Assembly: GCA_963709585.1 (NCBI GenBank)
Contig: CAVPXI010000005.1
Location: 136,183 to 200,182, forward strand
DNA: 64,000 nt
Source of the DNA: Candidatus Dormiibacterota bacterium
GTDB taxonomy: Bacteria; Chloroflexota; Dormibacteria; Aeolococcales; Aeolococcaceae
Reading direction: 5' to 3'
Shown here: positions 20,304 to 30,958 of the stretch, in pieces
How the letters are laid out: every line of letters starts with the position of its first letter
Position numbering within the stretch: the stretch's first letter is position 1
Position numbers and translations under genes: made by a program
Notes under the pieces: model-generated
Told to the model about the DNA's origin: nothing
What the model saw: the letters and a program-made list of their open reading frames with translations, nothing else
Database searches by the model: none

Positions 20304-21116
20304 GTGGTGACGATGCGCCCGAGCGCGACGCCCTCCAACCGCAGCGGTCCCCGCCGGGCGATTGCCGCCACGATCCTGTCGGCGGCGGTGCTCGTCGCTG
20401 CGGTCGCTGTGCCCGTCGCACTCGCACTCGCACTCCTCCCGTTCCGCAGCCAGGCGCCCGCCGCCACCGTTGCGCTCGGCTTTGCCGTCCTCGTGTCGTT
20501 GCTTGCGGCCGCCGGGACGCGTCTCTCAGGACTTATCGCTGCTGTGTCAGCGGCCCTCTGCTACGACATCGGCTTCACCCAGCCGTATGGATCACTGGTG
20601 ATCTCGCATCCGCAGGACATCGAGACGACAGCTCTCCTGCTCGTCGGTGGCCTCATCGTCAGCCAGCTCTCGGCGCGAAATCGCTCACACCGAAGACTCG
20701 CCGTGCAGCAGCGCGAGGACCTTGCGCACGTCCAGGCAATCGCGGAGCTGATGGCTGCCGGCGCCGGACCGGACGAGGTTGTCGTAGCCGTCGCCGACGA
20801 GCTGCGCAGCCTGCTCGGTTTGCGCGAGTGCTGGTTCGACACGTCGCTACCGGAGCGACCAGGTCCAACCATCGACCGGAACGGCAACGTGAGCTGGGGG
20901 CGGATCTGGTGGGGCGTTGACACGCTCGGACTCCCCGGCAAGGAGATCACAATCGAGGTCGAGCACGATGTGCGACGCCTCGGCCGTTACGTGCTGGTTG
21001 CCGAGGCCGGCACCAAGGTGCGGCGCGATCAACTTCTGGCCGCTGTCACCCTGGCCGACCAGGCCGGAGCGGCGCTGGGAGCCGGTGCTTCATCTGTGGC
21101 CCTCGCGCATCGCTGA
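20304..21116 (+). CDS. Stand-alone KdpD-type transmembrane sensor domain (DUF4118) plus GAF-like region, no kinase domain
   Basis: Four TM helices with YDIGFTQPYGSL; no H-box or ATPase motifs. Confidence 0.75.
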   Translation: MVTMRPSATPSNRSGPRRAIAATILSAAVLVAAVAVPVALALALLPFRSQAPAATVALGFAVLVSLLAAAGTRLSGLIAAVSAALCYDIGFTQPYGSLVISHPQDIETTALLLVGGLIVSQLSARNRSHRRLAVQQREDLAHVQAIAELMAAGAGPDEVVVAVADELRSLLGLRECWFDTSLPERPGPTIDRNGNVSWGRIWWGVDTLGLPGKEITIEVEHDVRRLGRYVLVAEAGTKVRRDQLLAAVTLADQAGAALGAGASSVALAHR

Positions 21117-21134
21117 GTTGGTTCAACGAATTCA

Positions 21135-21162
21135 TTGACGGGTTGTTGACGCTGCGTTGACG
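21135..21162 (+). promoter_or_regulatory. Three TTGACG direct repeats at 11-bp spacing upstream of the kdp operon
   Basis: TTGACG at 21135, 21146 and 21157. Confidence 0.65.
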
Positions 21163-21186
21163 CAACCGATTGAATACTTGTATCCC

Positions 21187-21273
21187 ATGCCACTCGATCT
21201 GCTCGTCCTTCTGTGCTTCATCGGGATGATCGTCGCGGCATATCTGTTCACGGACGGTATGCGGAGGATCTGA
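21187..21273 (+). CDS. 28-aa hydrophobic peptide upstream of kdpF (KdpZ-like)
   Basis: MPLDLLVLLCFIGMIVAAYLFTDGMRRI; read directly, not in the ORF track. Confidence 0.65.
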   Translation: MPLDLLVLLCFIGMIVAAYLFTDGMRRI

Positions 21274-21274
21274 C

Positions 21275-21373
21275 GTGGCGTCCGCCCTCACCGGCTACAT
21301 CGTCTCCGCCGTCATCGCATTGCTGGCAGCGATCTACCTGGTTATCGCGCTCGTCGCGCCGGAACGTTTCTGA
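21275..21373 (+). CDS. kdpF: K+-transporting ATPase subunit F
   Basis: MASALTGYIVSAVIALLAAIYLVIALVAPERF with the diagnostic YL..AL..PERF end; GGAGG SD; TGATG overlap with kdpA. Confidence 0.9.
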   Translation: MASALTGYIVSAVIALLAAIYLVIALVAPERF

Positions 21374-23100
21374 TGATTGCTCTCGACATCATCGCGGCGG
21401 TGATCACCTACGCCGCCGTCGGCGTCGGTGCATGGTTCATCGGCGGGTATATGGTCAAGGTGTACAAGGGGGAGCGGGTCTGGCTCAGCCGCGTCATCCG
21501 CCCGGTCGAGCGCGCCACCTACAAGATCATCGGCGTAGACGAGCAGCACGAGCAGGGCTGGCTCCCGTACCTCGTCTCTTTGCTTGCCGCAACAGTCGTG
21601 AGCATCGTATTCACCTACGTTGTGCTCCGCTTTCAGGATCATCTGCCACTCAACCCCGAGAATCTGCCCGGCGTACCGGGCCCGCTCGCGTTCAACACGG
21701 CGATGAGCTTCGCGACGAACACAAACTGGCAGAACTACTCGGGCGAGACCACGATGAGCTACTTCTCCCAGATCGTGGCGCTCGTGATCCATCAGTTTCT
21801 CAGCGCTGCGGTGGGTATGGCGGTGGCGATCGTGGTCATCCGAGCGATCGCACGTCGAACCATGAGCACACTCGGCAACTTCTGGGTGGATATCGTGCGC
21901 GGGATCCTCTACATTCTGCTGCCGATCAGCGTGGTGCTCGCGCTTGTGCTCGTGGCCAACGGGTCGATCCAGAACTTCAACAACTACTCGGTGGTGCACA
22001 CCCTCACCAACGGTGTACAAACGATCGCGCAAGGCCCGGTCGCATCCATGGAAGCGATCAAAGATCTCGGCACCAATGGCGGGGGCTTCTTCAACGCGAA
22101 CGCGGCGCATCCGTTTGAGAACCCCAACGGATTCACGAATTCGCTCGAGATCTTCATCTGCCTGCTGATCCCATTTGGGCTGGCCATCACGTTCGGGAAA
22201 TGGGTCGGTCATGTAAGGCAGGGAATCGCGCTCGGGGCCGTAATGGGAATCATCCTCATCGGCGGCTTCGGGGTCATGGCGTGGCAGGAGCAGCAGGGCA
22301 ACCCGGCGCTCGTCAGCACAGGCGCGAGCCAGGTCTCGACCGCCACGCTTGCCGGTGGCAACATGGAAGGCAAGTCGGCTCGATTCGGTCCGATCCAGTC
22401 GGCGCTGTACAACTCTTCGACCACCGGAACGAGCACTGGCTCTGTCGATGCCTCACAGGACAGCATGACGCCGATCGGAGGGTTGGTGTCGCTGGTGTTC
22501 ATCAAACTTGGTGAGATCACCCCGGGCGATGTCGGTTCGGGCCTCTATGGGATGGTCGTCTTCGCAATCGTCGCCGTGTTCATCGCGGGGCTCATGGTGG
22601 GGAGAACCCCGGAGTACCTGGGCAAGAAGATCGAGGCGCGAGACGTCAAGTACGCTGCGATCGCGATCCTGGTCCTGCCGGCGTCGATACTCGGCTTCTC
22701 AGCGATCGCTGTCCTGACGACCGCAGGTCAGGCGGGTCCGATCGCGACCCAGGGCACGCCGCACATGTTGTCGGAGATTCTGTACGCGTTCGCGTCGGCG
22801 ACCGGCAATAACGGAAGCGCCTTCGCGGGTCTCTCCGGCAACACCAACTTCTACAACCTGATGCTCGCCGGCGCGATGTGGGCGGGCCGCTATCTCTTCC
22901 TGATCCCTGTGATGGCGATGGCCGGCAACCTCGTGAAGAAGAAAATCGTCCCCGCAAGCGCCGGAACGTTTCCCACCGACGGATCGCTGTTCGTCGCGCT
23001 GCTGATCGGCACGATCATCATCGTTGCCGCGCTGACGTTCTTCCCGGCAGTCTCGCTCGGACCGATTCTCGAGCACTTCAAGCTCATAGCGGCATTCTGA
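21373..23100 (+). CDS. kdpA: K+-transporting ATPase subunit A
   Basis: [28 protein letters not shown]. Confidence 0.98.
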   Translation: MIALDIIAAVITYAAVGVGAWFIGGYMVKVYKGERVWLSRVIRPVERATYKIIGVDEQHEQGWLPYLVSLLAATVVSIVFTYVVLRFQDHLPLNPENLPGVPGPLAFNTAMSFATNTNWQNYSGETTMSYFSQIVALVIHQFLSAAVGMAVAIVVIRAIARRTMSTLGNFWVDIVRGILYILLPISVVLALVLVANGSIQNFNNYSVVHTLTNGVQTIAQGPVASMEAIKDLGTNGGGFFNANAAHPFENPNGFTNSLEIFICLLIPFGLAITFGKWVGHVRQGIALGAVMGIILIGGFGVMAWQEQQGNPALVSTGASQVSTATLAGGNMEGKSARFGPIQSALYNSSTTGTSTGSVDASQDSMTPIGGLVSLVFIKLGEITPGDVGSGLYGMVVFAIVAVFIAGLMVGRTPEYLGKKIEARDVKYAAIAILVLPASILGFSAIAVLTTAGQAGPIATQGTPHMLSEILYAFASATGNNGSAFAGLSGNTNFYNLMLAGAMWAGRYLFLIPVMAMAGNLVKKKIVPASAGTFPTDGSLFVALLIGTIIIVAALTFFPAVSLGPILEHFKLIAAF

Positions 23101-23101
23101 A

Positions 23102-25162
23102 ATGGCAATCGCAACCACACATCACACCAAGCGCCGGCGCACCAGCGTGACGGACCCGGAGCTGTTGATCCCGGCGATCGGCCAAAGCTTCGTGAAGCTC
23201 GACCCCCGTCTCATGGTTCGCAACCCGGTCATGTTCATCGTGGAGATCGGTGCTGTGATGACGACGTATGGATTCGTCGCCGGCGTCATCAGCAGCAGCA
23301 GCGACACCAGCTTCGTTGGCCAGATCGCGCTCTGGCTCTGGTTCACCGTGCTGTTCGCCAACTTCGCCGAGGCGATCGCGGAGGGACGTGGCAAGGCTCA
23401 GGCGCAGGCGCTGCGCCGGACGCGGACCGAGACCATCGCCCGCAAGTTGCAGGGCGGTGTCGGCGGCAAGGAGGCGGCCGTGGCGGCCATCGACCTTCGC
23501 AAGGGCGACATCGTCGTCTGCGAAGCCGGCGACGTGATTCCGAGCGACGGCACCATCGTGGAAGGCATCGCGAGCGTCGACAAGTCGGCGATCACCGGTG
23601 AATCCGCGCCGGTCATTCGCGAGGCCGGCGGCGACCGCAGCGCTGTCACCGGAGGCACGCGGGTCCTGAGCGACCGCATCGTCATCGAGATCACGCAGAA
23701 CCCTGGCGAGACCTTTCTCGACCGGATGATCTCGCTGGTCGAGAGCGCCTCCCGCCAGAAGACACCCAACGAGATCGCGCTCAACATCCTGCTTGCCAGC
23801 CTGACTCTCATCTTTCTCATCGCGGTTGTGACCCTGCAGCCCTATGCGATCTTCTCCGGCGCCTCCATCTCGGTCCCCGTGCTGATCGCCCTGCTGGTCT
23901 GCCTGATCCCCACCACCATCGGCGGCCTGCTCAGCGCCATCGGGATCGCAGGGATCGATCGCCTCCTCCAGAAGAACGTCCTCGCCATGTCGGGACGCGC
24001 CGTCGAGGCCGCCGGTGATGTCGACACCCTGCTGCTCGACAAGACGGGCACCATCACGCTCGGCAACCGGCAGGCGACCGAGTTTCTCCCCGCCCCCGGC
24101 ATCACGATGGAGAGGCTGGTGCGCGCAGCCGACCTGGCGAGCCGCGCGGACGAAACCCCCGAGGGACGGTCGATCGTGGCCCTGGCGCGCCGGTTCGGCG
24201 CCCCTGAGGGAACCGAGGGTGGCGAATGGACCTTCGTGCCATTCACTGCAGAAACCCGCATGAGCGGCGTGGACCGCGGCAGTGACAGCATCCGCAAGGG
24301 AGCCGGTGACTCCGTCGCCGCGTGGTCGGGCGAGAATACGGTCCCGAACCAGGTCAACGAGCAGGTCGAGGTCATCGCCCGCAGTGGCGGGACACCGCTG
24401 CTCGTGGCGGAGAACCACGTCGTCTTCGGCACCATCCACCTCAAGGACATCGTCAAGCCGGGTATCGCGGAACGCTTCGCGGAGCTGCGCAGGATGGGGC
24501 TGCGCACCGTGATGATCACCGGGGACAATCCGCTCACGGCCGCGGCCATCGCGGCAGAGGCCGGAGTTGACGACTTCCTGGCTCAGGCAACGCCCGAGAA
24601 CAAGCTCGACCTGATCCGTCAGGAGCAGGCCGGCGGCAAGCTCGTTGCGATGACTGGTGACGGGACCAACGATGCGCCCGCGCTCGCCCAGGCTGACGTC
24701 GGCGTGGCCATGAACAGTGGCACCCAGGCCGCCAAGGAGGCGGGCAACCTCGTCGATCTCGACAGCGACCCGACCAAGCTCATCGAGATCGTGGAGACCG
24801 GCAAACAGATGCTGATCACGCGAGGCGCTCTGACGACCTTCAGCATCGCCAACGACGTCGCCAAGTACTTCGCGATCATCCCGGCCATGTTCACGGCGTA
24901 CTCGGCGCTCAAGCCGCTCTCCGTGCTCAACGTCATGGGCCTGCACTCGGCGCACAGCGCGATCCTCAGCGCCGTCATCTTCAACGCGCTGATCATCATC
25001 GCGCTCGTCCCGCTCGCGCTCCGCGGCGTGCGTTTCCGCGCTGTCGGCGCCGCAGCATTGCTCCGTCGCAACCTGCTCATCTACGGCCTTGGCGGCATCA
25101 TCGCGCCCTTCATCGGCATCAAGATCATCGACGTGATCATCACCGCGATTCACCTGGTCTAG
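23102..25162 (+). CDS. kdpB: K+-transporting ATPase subunit B
   Basis: TGES, DKTGT, GDGTND. Confidence 0.98.
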   Translation: MAIATTHHTKRRRTSVTDPELLIPAIGQSFVKLDPRLMVRNPVMFIVEIGAVMTTYGFVAGVISSSSDTSFVGQIALWLWFTVLFANFAEAIAEGRGKAQAQALRRTRTETIARKLQGGVGGKEAAVAAIDLRKGDIVVCEAGDVIPSDGTIVEGIASVDKSAITGESAPVIREAGGDRSAVTGGTRVLSDRIVIEITQNPGETFLDRMISLVESASRQKTPNEIALNILLASLTLIFLIAVVTLQPYAIFSGASISVPVLIALLVCLIPTTIGGLLSAIGIAGIDRLLQKNVLAMSGRAVEAAGDVDTLLLDKTGTITLGNRQATEFLPAPGITMERLVRAADLASRADETPEGRSIVALARRFGAPEGTEGGEWTFVPFTAETRMSGVDRGSDSIRKGAGDSVAAWSGENTVPNQVNEQVEVIARSGGTPLLVAENHVVFGTIHLKDIVKPGIAERFAELRRMGLRTVMITGDNPLTAAAIAAEAGVDDFLAQATPENKLDLIRQEQAGGKLVAMTGDGTNDAPALAQADVGVAMNSGTQAAKEAGNLVDLDSDPTKLIEIVETGKQMLITRGALTTFSIANDVAKYFAIIPAMFTAYSALKPLSVLNVMGLHSAHSAILSAVIFNALIIIALVPLALRGVRFRAVGAAALLRRNLLIYGLGGIIAPFIGIKIIDVIITAIHLV

Positions 25163-25174
25163 GCAACAAACACC

Positions 25175-25822
25175 ATGGGCAACCTCTCCAAGCAACTCCT
25201 GATCGGCCTCCGGCTCACCGTCTTCATTGCGGCGCTCGCGCTTGTCTACACGTTCGTCATCACCGGTATCTCGCAGGTCGCCTTCAACAGCAACGCCAAC
25301 GGCAGCCTCGTGACCGTCAACGGCAAGGTCGTCGGATCGACGCTGATCGGCCAGAGCTGCCCGCAGGAGACCGTTGCCAAGGACGGGAGCCTGAAGATCA
25401 CGATCAACAAGATGTACTTCCAGGGACGTGTCTCGTACACGACCAACGCGAGCACCGGTACCCTCCAGCCGTGCAACGCAGCGAACTCTGCGGGCAGCAA
25501 CCTGGGCCCGTCCAACCCGGTGCTCAAGGAGACGATCAGCGCCGCAGTCGCCGCCTACGAAGCAGCGGGCGTTTCCACCCCGGTGCCCATTGACCTGGTC
25601 ACGTCGGACTTCACGGGGTTCGATCCGGACATCAGCGAGGCAGCGGCTCTCGCCCAGGTGAACATGGTTGCGAGCGCTCGCGGGTTCAATCGATCCAAGG
25701 TCCATGCACTGGTCGAATCTCAAGTCCAGGGCCGCATTCTCTGGGTGTTCGGCGAGCCGGTCGTCAACGTGCTTCAGCTCAACCTCGCGCTCGACGCCCA
25801 GCAGGCCAGCCTCACCGGCTGA
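25175..25822 (+). CDS. kdpC: K+-transporting ATPase subunit C
   Basis: GSTLIGQ, SNLGPSN, DPDIS, GEPVVNVLQLNLALD. Confidence 0.95.
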   Translation: MGNLSKQLLIGLRLTVFIAALALVYTFVITGISQVAFNSNANGSLVTVNGKVVGSTLIGQSCPQETVAKDGSLKITINKMYFQGRVSYTTNASTGTLQPCNAANSAGSNLGPSNPVLKETISAAVAAYEAAGVSTPVPIDLVTSDFTGFDPDISEAAALAQVNMVASARGFNRSKVHALVESQVQGRILWVFGEPVVNVLQLNLALDAQQASLTG

Positions 25823-25861
25823 CGCGTTTAGCAGGCTGCGAGCGCGCGCATCATTATCCTT

Positions 25862-28070
25862 ATGACCGACACGCTCGCGACCGGCACGGTGGCCGCCCCG
25901 ACGACGACTTCTCGTGGCCATCTACGGGTCTTCCTCGGCGCCACGCCCGGGAGTGGCAAGACCTTCGCGATGCTCCGCGAGGCGCACGACCGGCGCTCCC
26001 AGGGAGAGGACGTCGTCATCGGCTTCGTCGAGACACATGGCCGCAAGCTCACCGAGCAGGCGATCGGCAGCCTCGAGGTCATTCCCCGCCTTCAGGCCGA
26101 GTATCACGGCAAGCTCATGGAGGAGATGGACCTGGACGCGATCCTGGCGCGACGTCCGCAGGTCGTTCTCGTCGACGAGCTTGCTCACACCAACGTCCCA
26201 GGCGTCCGCCACGCCAAGCGTTACGAGGACGTCGAGGAGATCCTCATGGCGGGAATCGACGTGGTCACGACGGTCAACGTGCAGCACCTCGAGTCGGTCA
26301 AGGACCTCGCTGAGCGCATCACCGGCATCCCGGTCCGCGAGACCCTACCCGATCGCGTTCTGGACGATGCTGACGAGATCCAGTTCATCGACATCTCCCC
26401 GGAGGCGCTGCGCAAGCGGATGCGCCACGGCAACATCTACGCCCCCGAGAAGATCGACACCGCGCTCGCCAACTTCTTCCGGCCTGGAAACCTCGCTGCG
26501 CTGCGCGAGATCGCGCTTCGCCTGGTGGCGCAGACCGTCGGTCGCGCCCGCGGCGCCGTCCGGCCTGCTCCACAATCGGTTCTCGTCGCCGTCAGCGGCC
26601 GTCAGAGCAGCGGGCCGCTGATCCGCCGGGCGAGCCGTTTGGCGAGACGATTCGGCGGATTCTGCACCGTGCTCGTGGTGCTGGGCCGGCACGACGACGA
26701 AACCGATCGGGGCAGAGCCAAGTCGAAGGAGCTCGCCGAGCTACTGCAGTGCGGATTCATCGAGCGCGAGGGCAAAGTTGCCGACACGGTCATCGCGGTC
26801 GCGCAGGAGCTGGTGGTGCAGCACCTCGTGGTCGGTGAGGCGGCGCACCCTGGAGTGCGCGGCCGCCTGCATCGGGGGCTGGTCGACCACCTCATCGCCG
26901 AGCTCCCGGATGTGAGCGTGCATGTCGTTGCGCGTCCTGCCGAGGTGACCCGCGACGTACCCCTTGCCGCCAGCGACCAGCGACCCGAACTCGGAGATGC
27001 TGCTCCGAGCGCTCCACGCGAGCGCGAGCCGCTCCGGACTACGGGTCTACCTCGGATACGCCCGCGGCTGCGGCACGACGGTGGCGATGCTCGACGAGGC
27101 GAACCGGCGCCACCAGCGCGGCACCGATGTCGTCGTCGCCGCTGTGAAGACGGACGGACGTAGCCGCTGCGAAATCGCGCTCGGCGACTTGGAGATGCTC
27201 GGGGGACGGAGTTCGCCAGCGCGTGACGGGATCGTCGACGTCGAGGCGCTGCTTCGGCGCAACCCCGAGGTGGCGTGCCTCGACGACCTTGCGGGCGTGG
27301 ATACGCAGGGTCGCCCGATCACCGACGCCGTACCCCGTTTGCTGCGTGCCGGGATGATGCTGATCGCAACCCTGCACCTCACCGATCTCCGCAGCACGGT
27401 TGAAGGCATGGGCGCAATGCTCGGGGCCCGTCCAGAGCACGTCGTCGATGACGCCTTCCTCGACGATGTGACCGAGCTCGAGATCGTCGACATCACGCCT
27501 TCCCTCCTGGACGAACGCCTCCGCCGCGGTGAGATCGTTCCGGCGAGCGAGGCCGCTCAGGCTCGTGCTCGCGCCTTCCGGCCCGAGGTCCTGGCGTCGC
27601 TCCGAGAGATGGCGTTCCGGATCCTCGCGGAGCACACCGATCGGCGCCTCGTTGCGTACATGCGCGACCGCGGAATCGAGACGCCGTGGGAGGTGAAGCC
27701 GCGGGTCATGTTGTGCGTCCCGCCCCGTCCCGGAATGGAGGACGTCATCGCCAGCACGGCGGCCCTTGCGGCTCGACTGGACGGCAAGATGACTGCGGTC
27801 ACGGTCCGTGACCGCAAGCGTTCGGAGCAGGAGATGCAACTCCTCGGCACCTACGCCGCCCTCACCCATCAGGCGGACGGTAGCTTCGTGACACTGTACG
27901 ACCGGGACCCGGCGAGCGCTCTCACACACTACGCGCGCAAGATTCTCGCCACCGAGATCGTGGTCACGCGCGGCCGCGGGCGCCGCGGGACGCTCCGCAA
28001 GCTCATCGAACTGCTCACGGACGTGGACGTCCACATCCTTCCCACGCCCCACCGGGACACGGCCGCCTAA
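25862..28070 (+). CDS. kdpD: Cytoplasmic KdpD N-terminal protein, tandem (KdpD-Usp)x2 (apparent frameshift at about 26989)
   Basis: First repeat FLGATPGSGKT...LVDELAHTN...FFRPGNLAALRE; second repeat YLGYARGCGTT...CLDDLA...FRPEVLASLRE; halves join as RPDSEMLL. Confidence 0.8.
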
Positions 28071-29269
28071 GAGCCCGTCGCGGGGCCTGCGGCGCGCTCA
28101 GTTTCGGCCGGCTCGGCCGGAGCGGCTGGGAGGGTGAACGCGAAGACCGCCCCGCCACCACTGTCCGGGTCGTCCAGCCAGACGCGTCCCGCGTGTGCCT
28201 CGATGATCCCCCGAACAATCGCGAGACCCAGACCAGTGCCCTCCGCACCCGGCTCCTCGTTACGGACGAAGCGCTCGAAGATGCGGTCCTTCATGCTCAC
28301 CGGGACACCGGGGCCATGGTCGATCACGCGGGTCACGATAGTTCCGCGCGCACCCGTGGCGACGTGAATCTCGATCGGCGATGTTGGCGGCGCGTAACGA
28401 TCGGCATTCACGAGCAGGTTGTCGAGCACCTGTCCGAGCCGCTCCCAGTCGGCGATCGCCTCCAGCGATCCCGGCTCGATCACCACGCGCACGGTTCGGG
28501 AAGGGCGCGTCTGTCGAAGCCGGGCGGCTGCCGCCTCAGCCGCCGCGCCGACATCCGTCGGCTCGAGACGCAGCTCGAGTGCGTGACCCTCGATGCGAGC
28601 CAGGTCCAGCATGTCGCCAACCAGCCGGTCGAGCCTGCGCGATTGCGTAACGATACCGGCAAGGCCGTCGCGAACGGGGTCACTGACGTCGGACCGGCCG
28701 AGCAGCACGGTGGCGCCGGTGAGGATGCTCGCCAGCGGTGTGCGCAGTTCGTGGCTCACGTTCTGGAGGAGCTCACGCCGGATGCGGTCCGCGTCGCGCA
28801 GCGCCGAGACCTGCTGCTGCGTCTGGGCGAGCCGTACGGCCGTGCGCGCCGAGGCTGCCTGCTCTCGATACAACCGTTCCATCTCGGTGTTCGCGGCCAC
28901 GAGCGTTCGCGAGAGTGATCGCGCTTCGTCGATCGCTCGGCGTCGAAGGGCTGCGACGCCCCCAACGGCCCCGGCGGTCGCGAAGAAGATCAGCAGGTAC
29001 AGGAGGTCGCCCGGGTTGGCGAGGCTGAGGCTGTAGAAGGGTGGAAACAAGAAGTAGTCCGCCAGGACCGATGACATCGCTGCGGCGACGACTGCGGGGA
29101 TGAGCCCGGCCAGGAGCCCGAGCGAGGCGACGATCCCCAGGTAGAGGAAGACGTATGCGCGAGCTTGCGGAGCTGGCAGGTGCGCCAGCACCAGGGTCAG
29201 CAGCGGCGGACTCACCAACGCGATGGCGATTCCGGCGACCAGCACTCGATCGGTGCGCGGGTGCGTCAC
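28067..29269 (-). CDS. Sensor histidine kinase with KdpD-type TM domain (DUF4118-HisKA-HATPase)
   Basis: DYFLFPPFYSL, SHELRTPL, DHGPG, GTGLGL. Confidence 0.88.
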   Translation of the reverse strand: MTHPRTDRVLVAGIAIALVSPPLLTLVLAHLPAPQARAYVFLYLGIVASLGLLAGLIPAVVAAAMSSVLADYFLFPPFYSLSLANPGDLLYLLIFFATAGAVGGVAALRRRAIDEARSLSRTLVAANTEMERLYREQAASARTAVRLAQTQQQVSALRDADRIRRELLQNVSHELRTPLASILTGATVLLGRSDVSDPVRDGLAGIVTQSRRLDRLVGDMLDLARIEGHALELRLEPTDVGAAAEAAAARLRQTRPSRTVRVVIEPGSLEAIADWERLGQVLDNLLVNADRYAPPTSPIEIHVATGARGTIVTRVIDHGPGVPVSMKDRIFERFVRNEEPGAEGTGLGLAIVRGIIEAHAGRVWLDDPDSGGGAVFAFTLPAAPAEPAETERAAGPATGS

Positions 29270-29270
29270 G

Positions 29271-30134
29271 TCAGGATTCGCGCAGCTGCTCGCTCAGCGC
29301 GTCGACGAGACGGCTCGACGCCGCCTGCAGCCCGTAGTCCGCCATCAGCCTGTTGAGCGCCTGCGGGTCTGCCGGGTAGCGCTCCCTGCTCCCCCGCGGG
29401 AGCTCCGCGGGCAGGTCGGCCACCGGAGGGACCACCTTCATCGCGCGGGTCAGGTAGTCCTGATCGTGCTCACTCAGCCTGCCCGCTTGGAGAATCGCGG
29501 GCACGCCACCGAGCTGGCGGATCATCGACGCTGCGGCCACCGCGCCCACGCCCTTCAGCCCCGGCAATCCGTCTGACGGATCACCGCGGAGCATCGCGAA
29601 ATCCGCGTAGCGCCGCCCCGGAATCCCGTATCGCCGGGTGACCTCGGTCTCGTCGACGACGGCCCACCCACCCTTCTCCGGGTAGAGCACCGTGACCCGT
29701 GGATCCTCGACGAGCGCGAACAGATCCCGATCCCCACTGACGATCTCGACCGTGCCGCCGGCCTTGGCCGTCCAGGTGGCGATCACGTCCTCCGCTTCGT
29801 ACCCGGACACGCCGAGCGCGTCGACACCGATCGCCTCCAGGAATGCGTCGATGATCGGCATCTGCGGGATGAGCGCCGGAGGTATCGGCTCCGCCACCCG
29901 TTGCGCCTTGTAGCCGGGAATCAAGGCCACACGCCAGTCCGGGCGCCAGTCGGCGTCGCTCGCGACGGCGAGGTGGTGAGGTTGCCTGGTGCCGAGCAGC
30001 CGCGTCAGGGTTTCGAGGAAGCCACGTGCTGCGTTGATCAGCCTTCCATCCGGAGACGTGACCGTCTTGGGGACGCCGTAAAAGGCGCGGAAGATGAGGC
30101 TGGACCCGTCGACGAACAGCCAGTCGCAGGACAT
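29271..30134 (-). CDS. 5'-3' exonuclease (stand-alone flap endonuclease)
   Basis: VDGSSLIFRAFY, YKAQR, EAEDVI, SGDRDL, GDPSD. Confidence 0.92.
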   Translation of the reverse strand: MSCDWLFVDGSSLIFRAFYGVPKTVTSPDGRLINAARGFLETLTRLLGTRQPHHLAVASDADWRPDWRVALIPGYKAQRVAEPIPPALIPQMPIIDAFLEAIGVDALGVSGYEAEDVIATWTAKAGGTVEIVSGDRDLFALVEDPRVTVLYPEKGGWAVVDETEVTRRYGIPGRRYADFAMLRGDPSDGLPGLKGVGAVAAASMIRQLGGVPAILQAGRLSEHDQDYLTRAMKVVPPVADLPAELPRGSRERYPADPQALNRLMADYGLQAASSRLVDALSEQLRES

Positions 30135-30223
30135 GGATCGGCTACCGGCACGCGTTCATGAGCGCGGCCATCGTAGCGTCCGCGATCGCGCCACTCGGGG
30201 CTCATCTGCGACGCTGGTGGACG

Positions 30224-30817
30224 ATGGCAGCAGACATCCCGGAGCTGATCGTCGCGGACGCGGCGGCGTGGCGCCTCTGGCTCGGAGAGCACCACGCGAG
30301 CCGCGACGGCGTGTGGCTCGTGCTCGCCAAGAAGGGCGTGGCCCAGCCCACCAGCCTCACATATGCGCAGGCGCTCGAGGAGGCGCTCTGTCACGGCTGG
30401 ATCGACGGCCAGGCAGCGCCCGGTGACAGCGCGACGTATCGTCAGCGCTTCACGCCTCGGCGATCGCGCAGCAGGTGGTCGGCGCGCAATGTCGGGATCA
30501 TCGGCCGGCTGCGAACCGAGGGTCGGATGCACCCCGCCGGCGAGGCCGAGGTCGAGCGCGCCCAGGCCGACGGCCGCTGGGACGCGGCGTACGGGGGCGC
30601 GGCTTTCAGCGCAGTGCCGCGGGATCTTGCCGCGGCGTTGCGCGCACAACCGCGCGCGCAGGCGATGTTCGACATCCTGACCAGCCAGAACCGCTACTCG
30701 ATCCTCTTCCGCATCGGCGGGGCCAAACAGGCGTCGACCCGCGCCCGCCGCATCGACCAGTTCGTCACCATGCTCGCCCGCGGCGAGACCGTGCATCCGC
30801 AGAAGCGCACGCTCTGA
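30224..30817 (+). CDS. YdeI/OmpD-associated family protein
   Basis: ALCHGWIDG, RFTPRR..S.WS, DGRWDAAY. Confidence 0.9.
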   Translation: MAADIPELIVADAAAWRLWLGEHHASRDGVWLVLAKKGVAQPTSLTYAQALEEALCHGWIDGQAAPGDSATYRQRFTPRRSRSRWSARNVGIIGRLRTEGRMHPAGEAEVERAQADGRWDAAYGGAAFSAVPRDLAAALRAQPRAQAMFDILTSQNRYSILFRIGGAKQASTRARRIDQFVTMLARGETVHPQKRTL

Positions 30818-30958
30818 GGCGCCGCGTCCGCCACGCGAACGGGCGCGGCGCTCCTTAGCCGGGACATCGCAATCCGTTACCGGATGCACAAAGCGGCCTT
30901 AACCACGCCTCGATCATCTTGGGCTCCGAGAAGGCCCGAGTTTCGTTGAGGAGGAGCC

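Noticed and set aside
23084-25921. 945-aa minus-strand ORF and similar long antisense ORFs (e.g. 2771..4309, 44304..46229, 55453..57000)
   Set aside because: Shadow frames of well-supported genes, expected at high GC.
30855-30904. Pho-box-like TTA(G/C/A)C repeats at 22-bp spacing upstream of the phosphoesterase
   Set aside because: Biologically plausible but too degenerate to support without a motif model.
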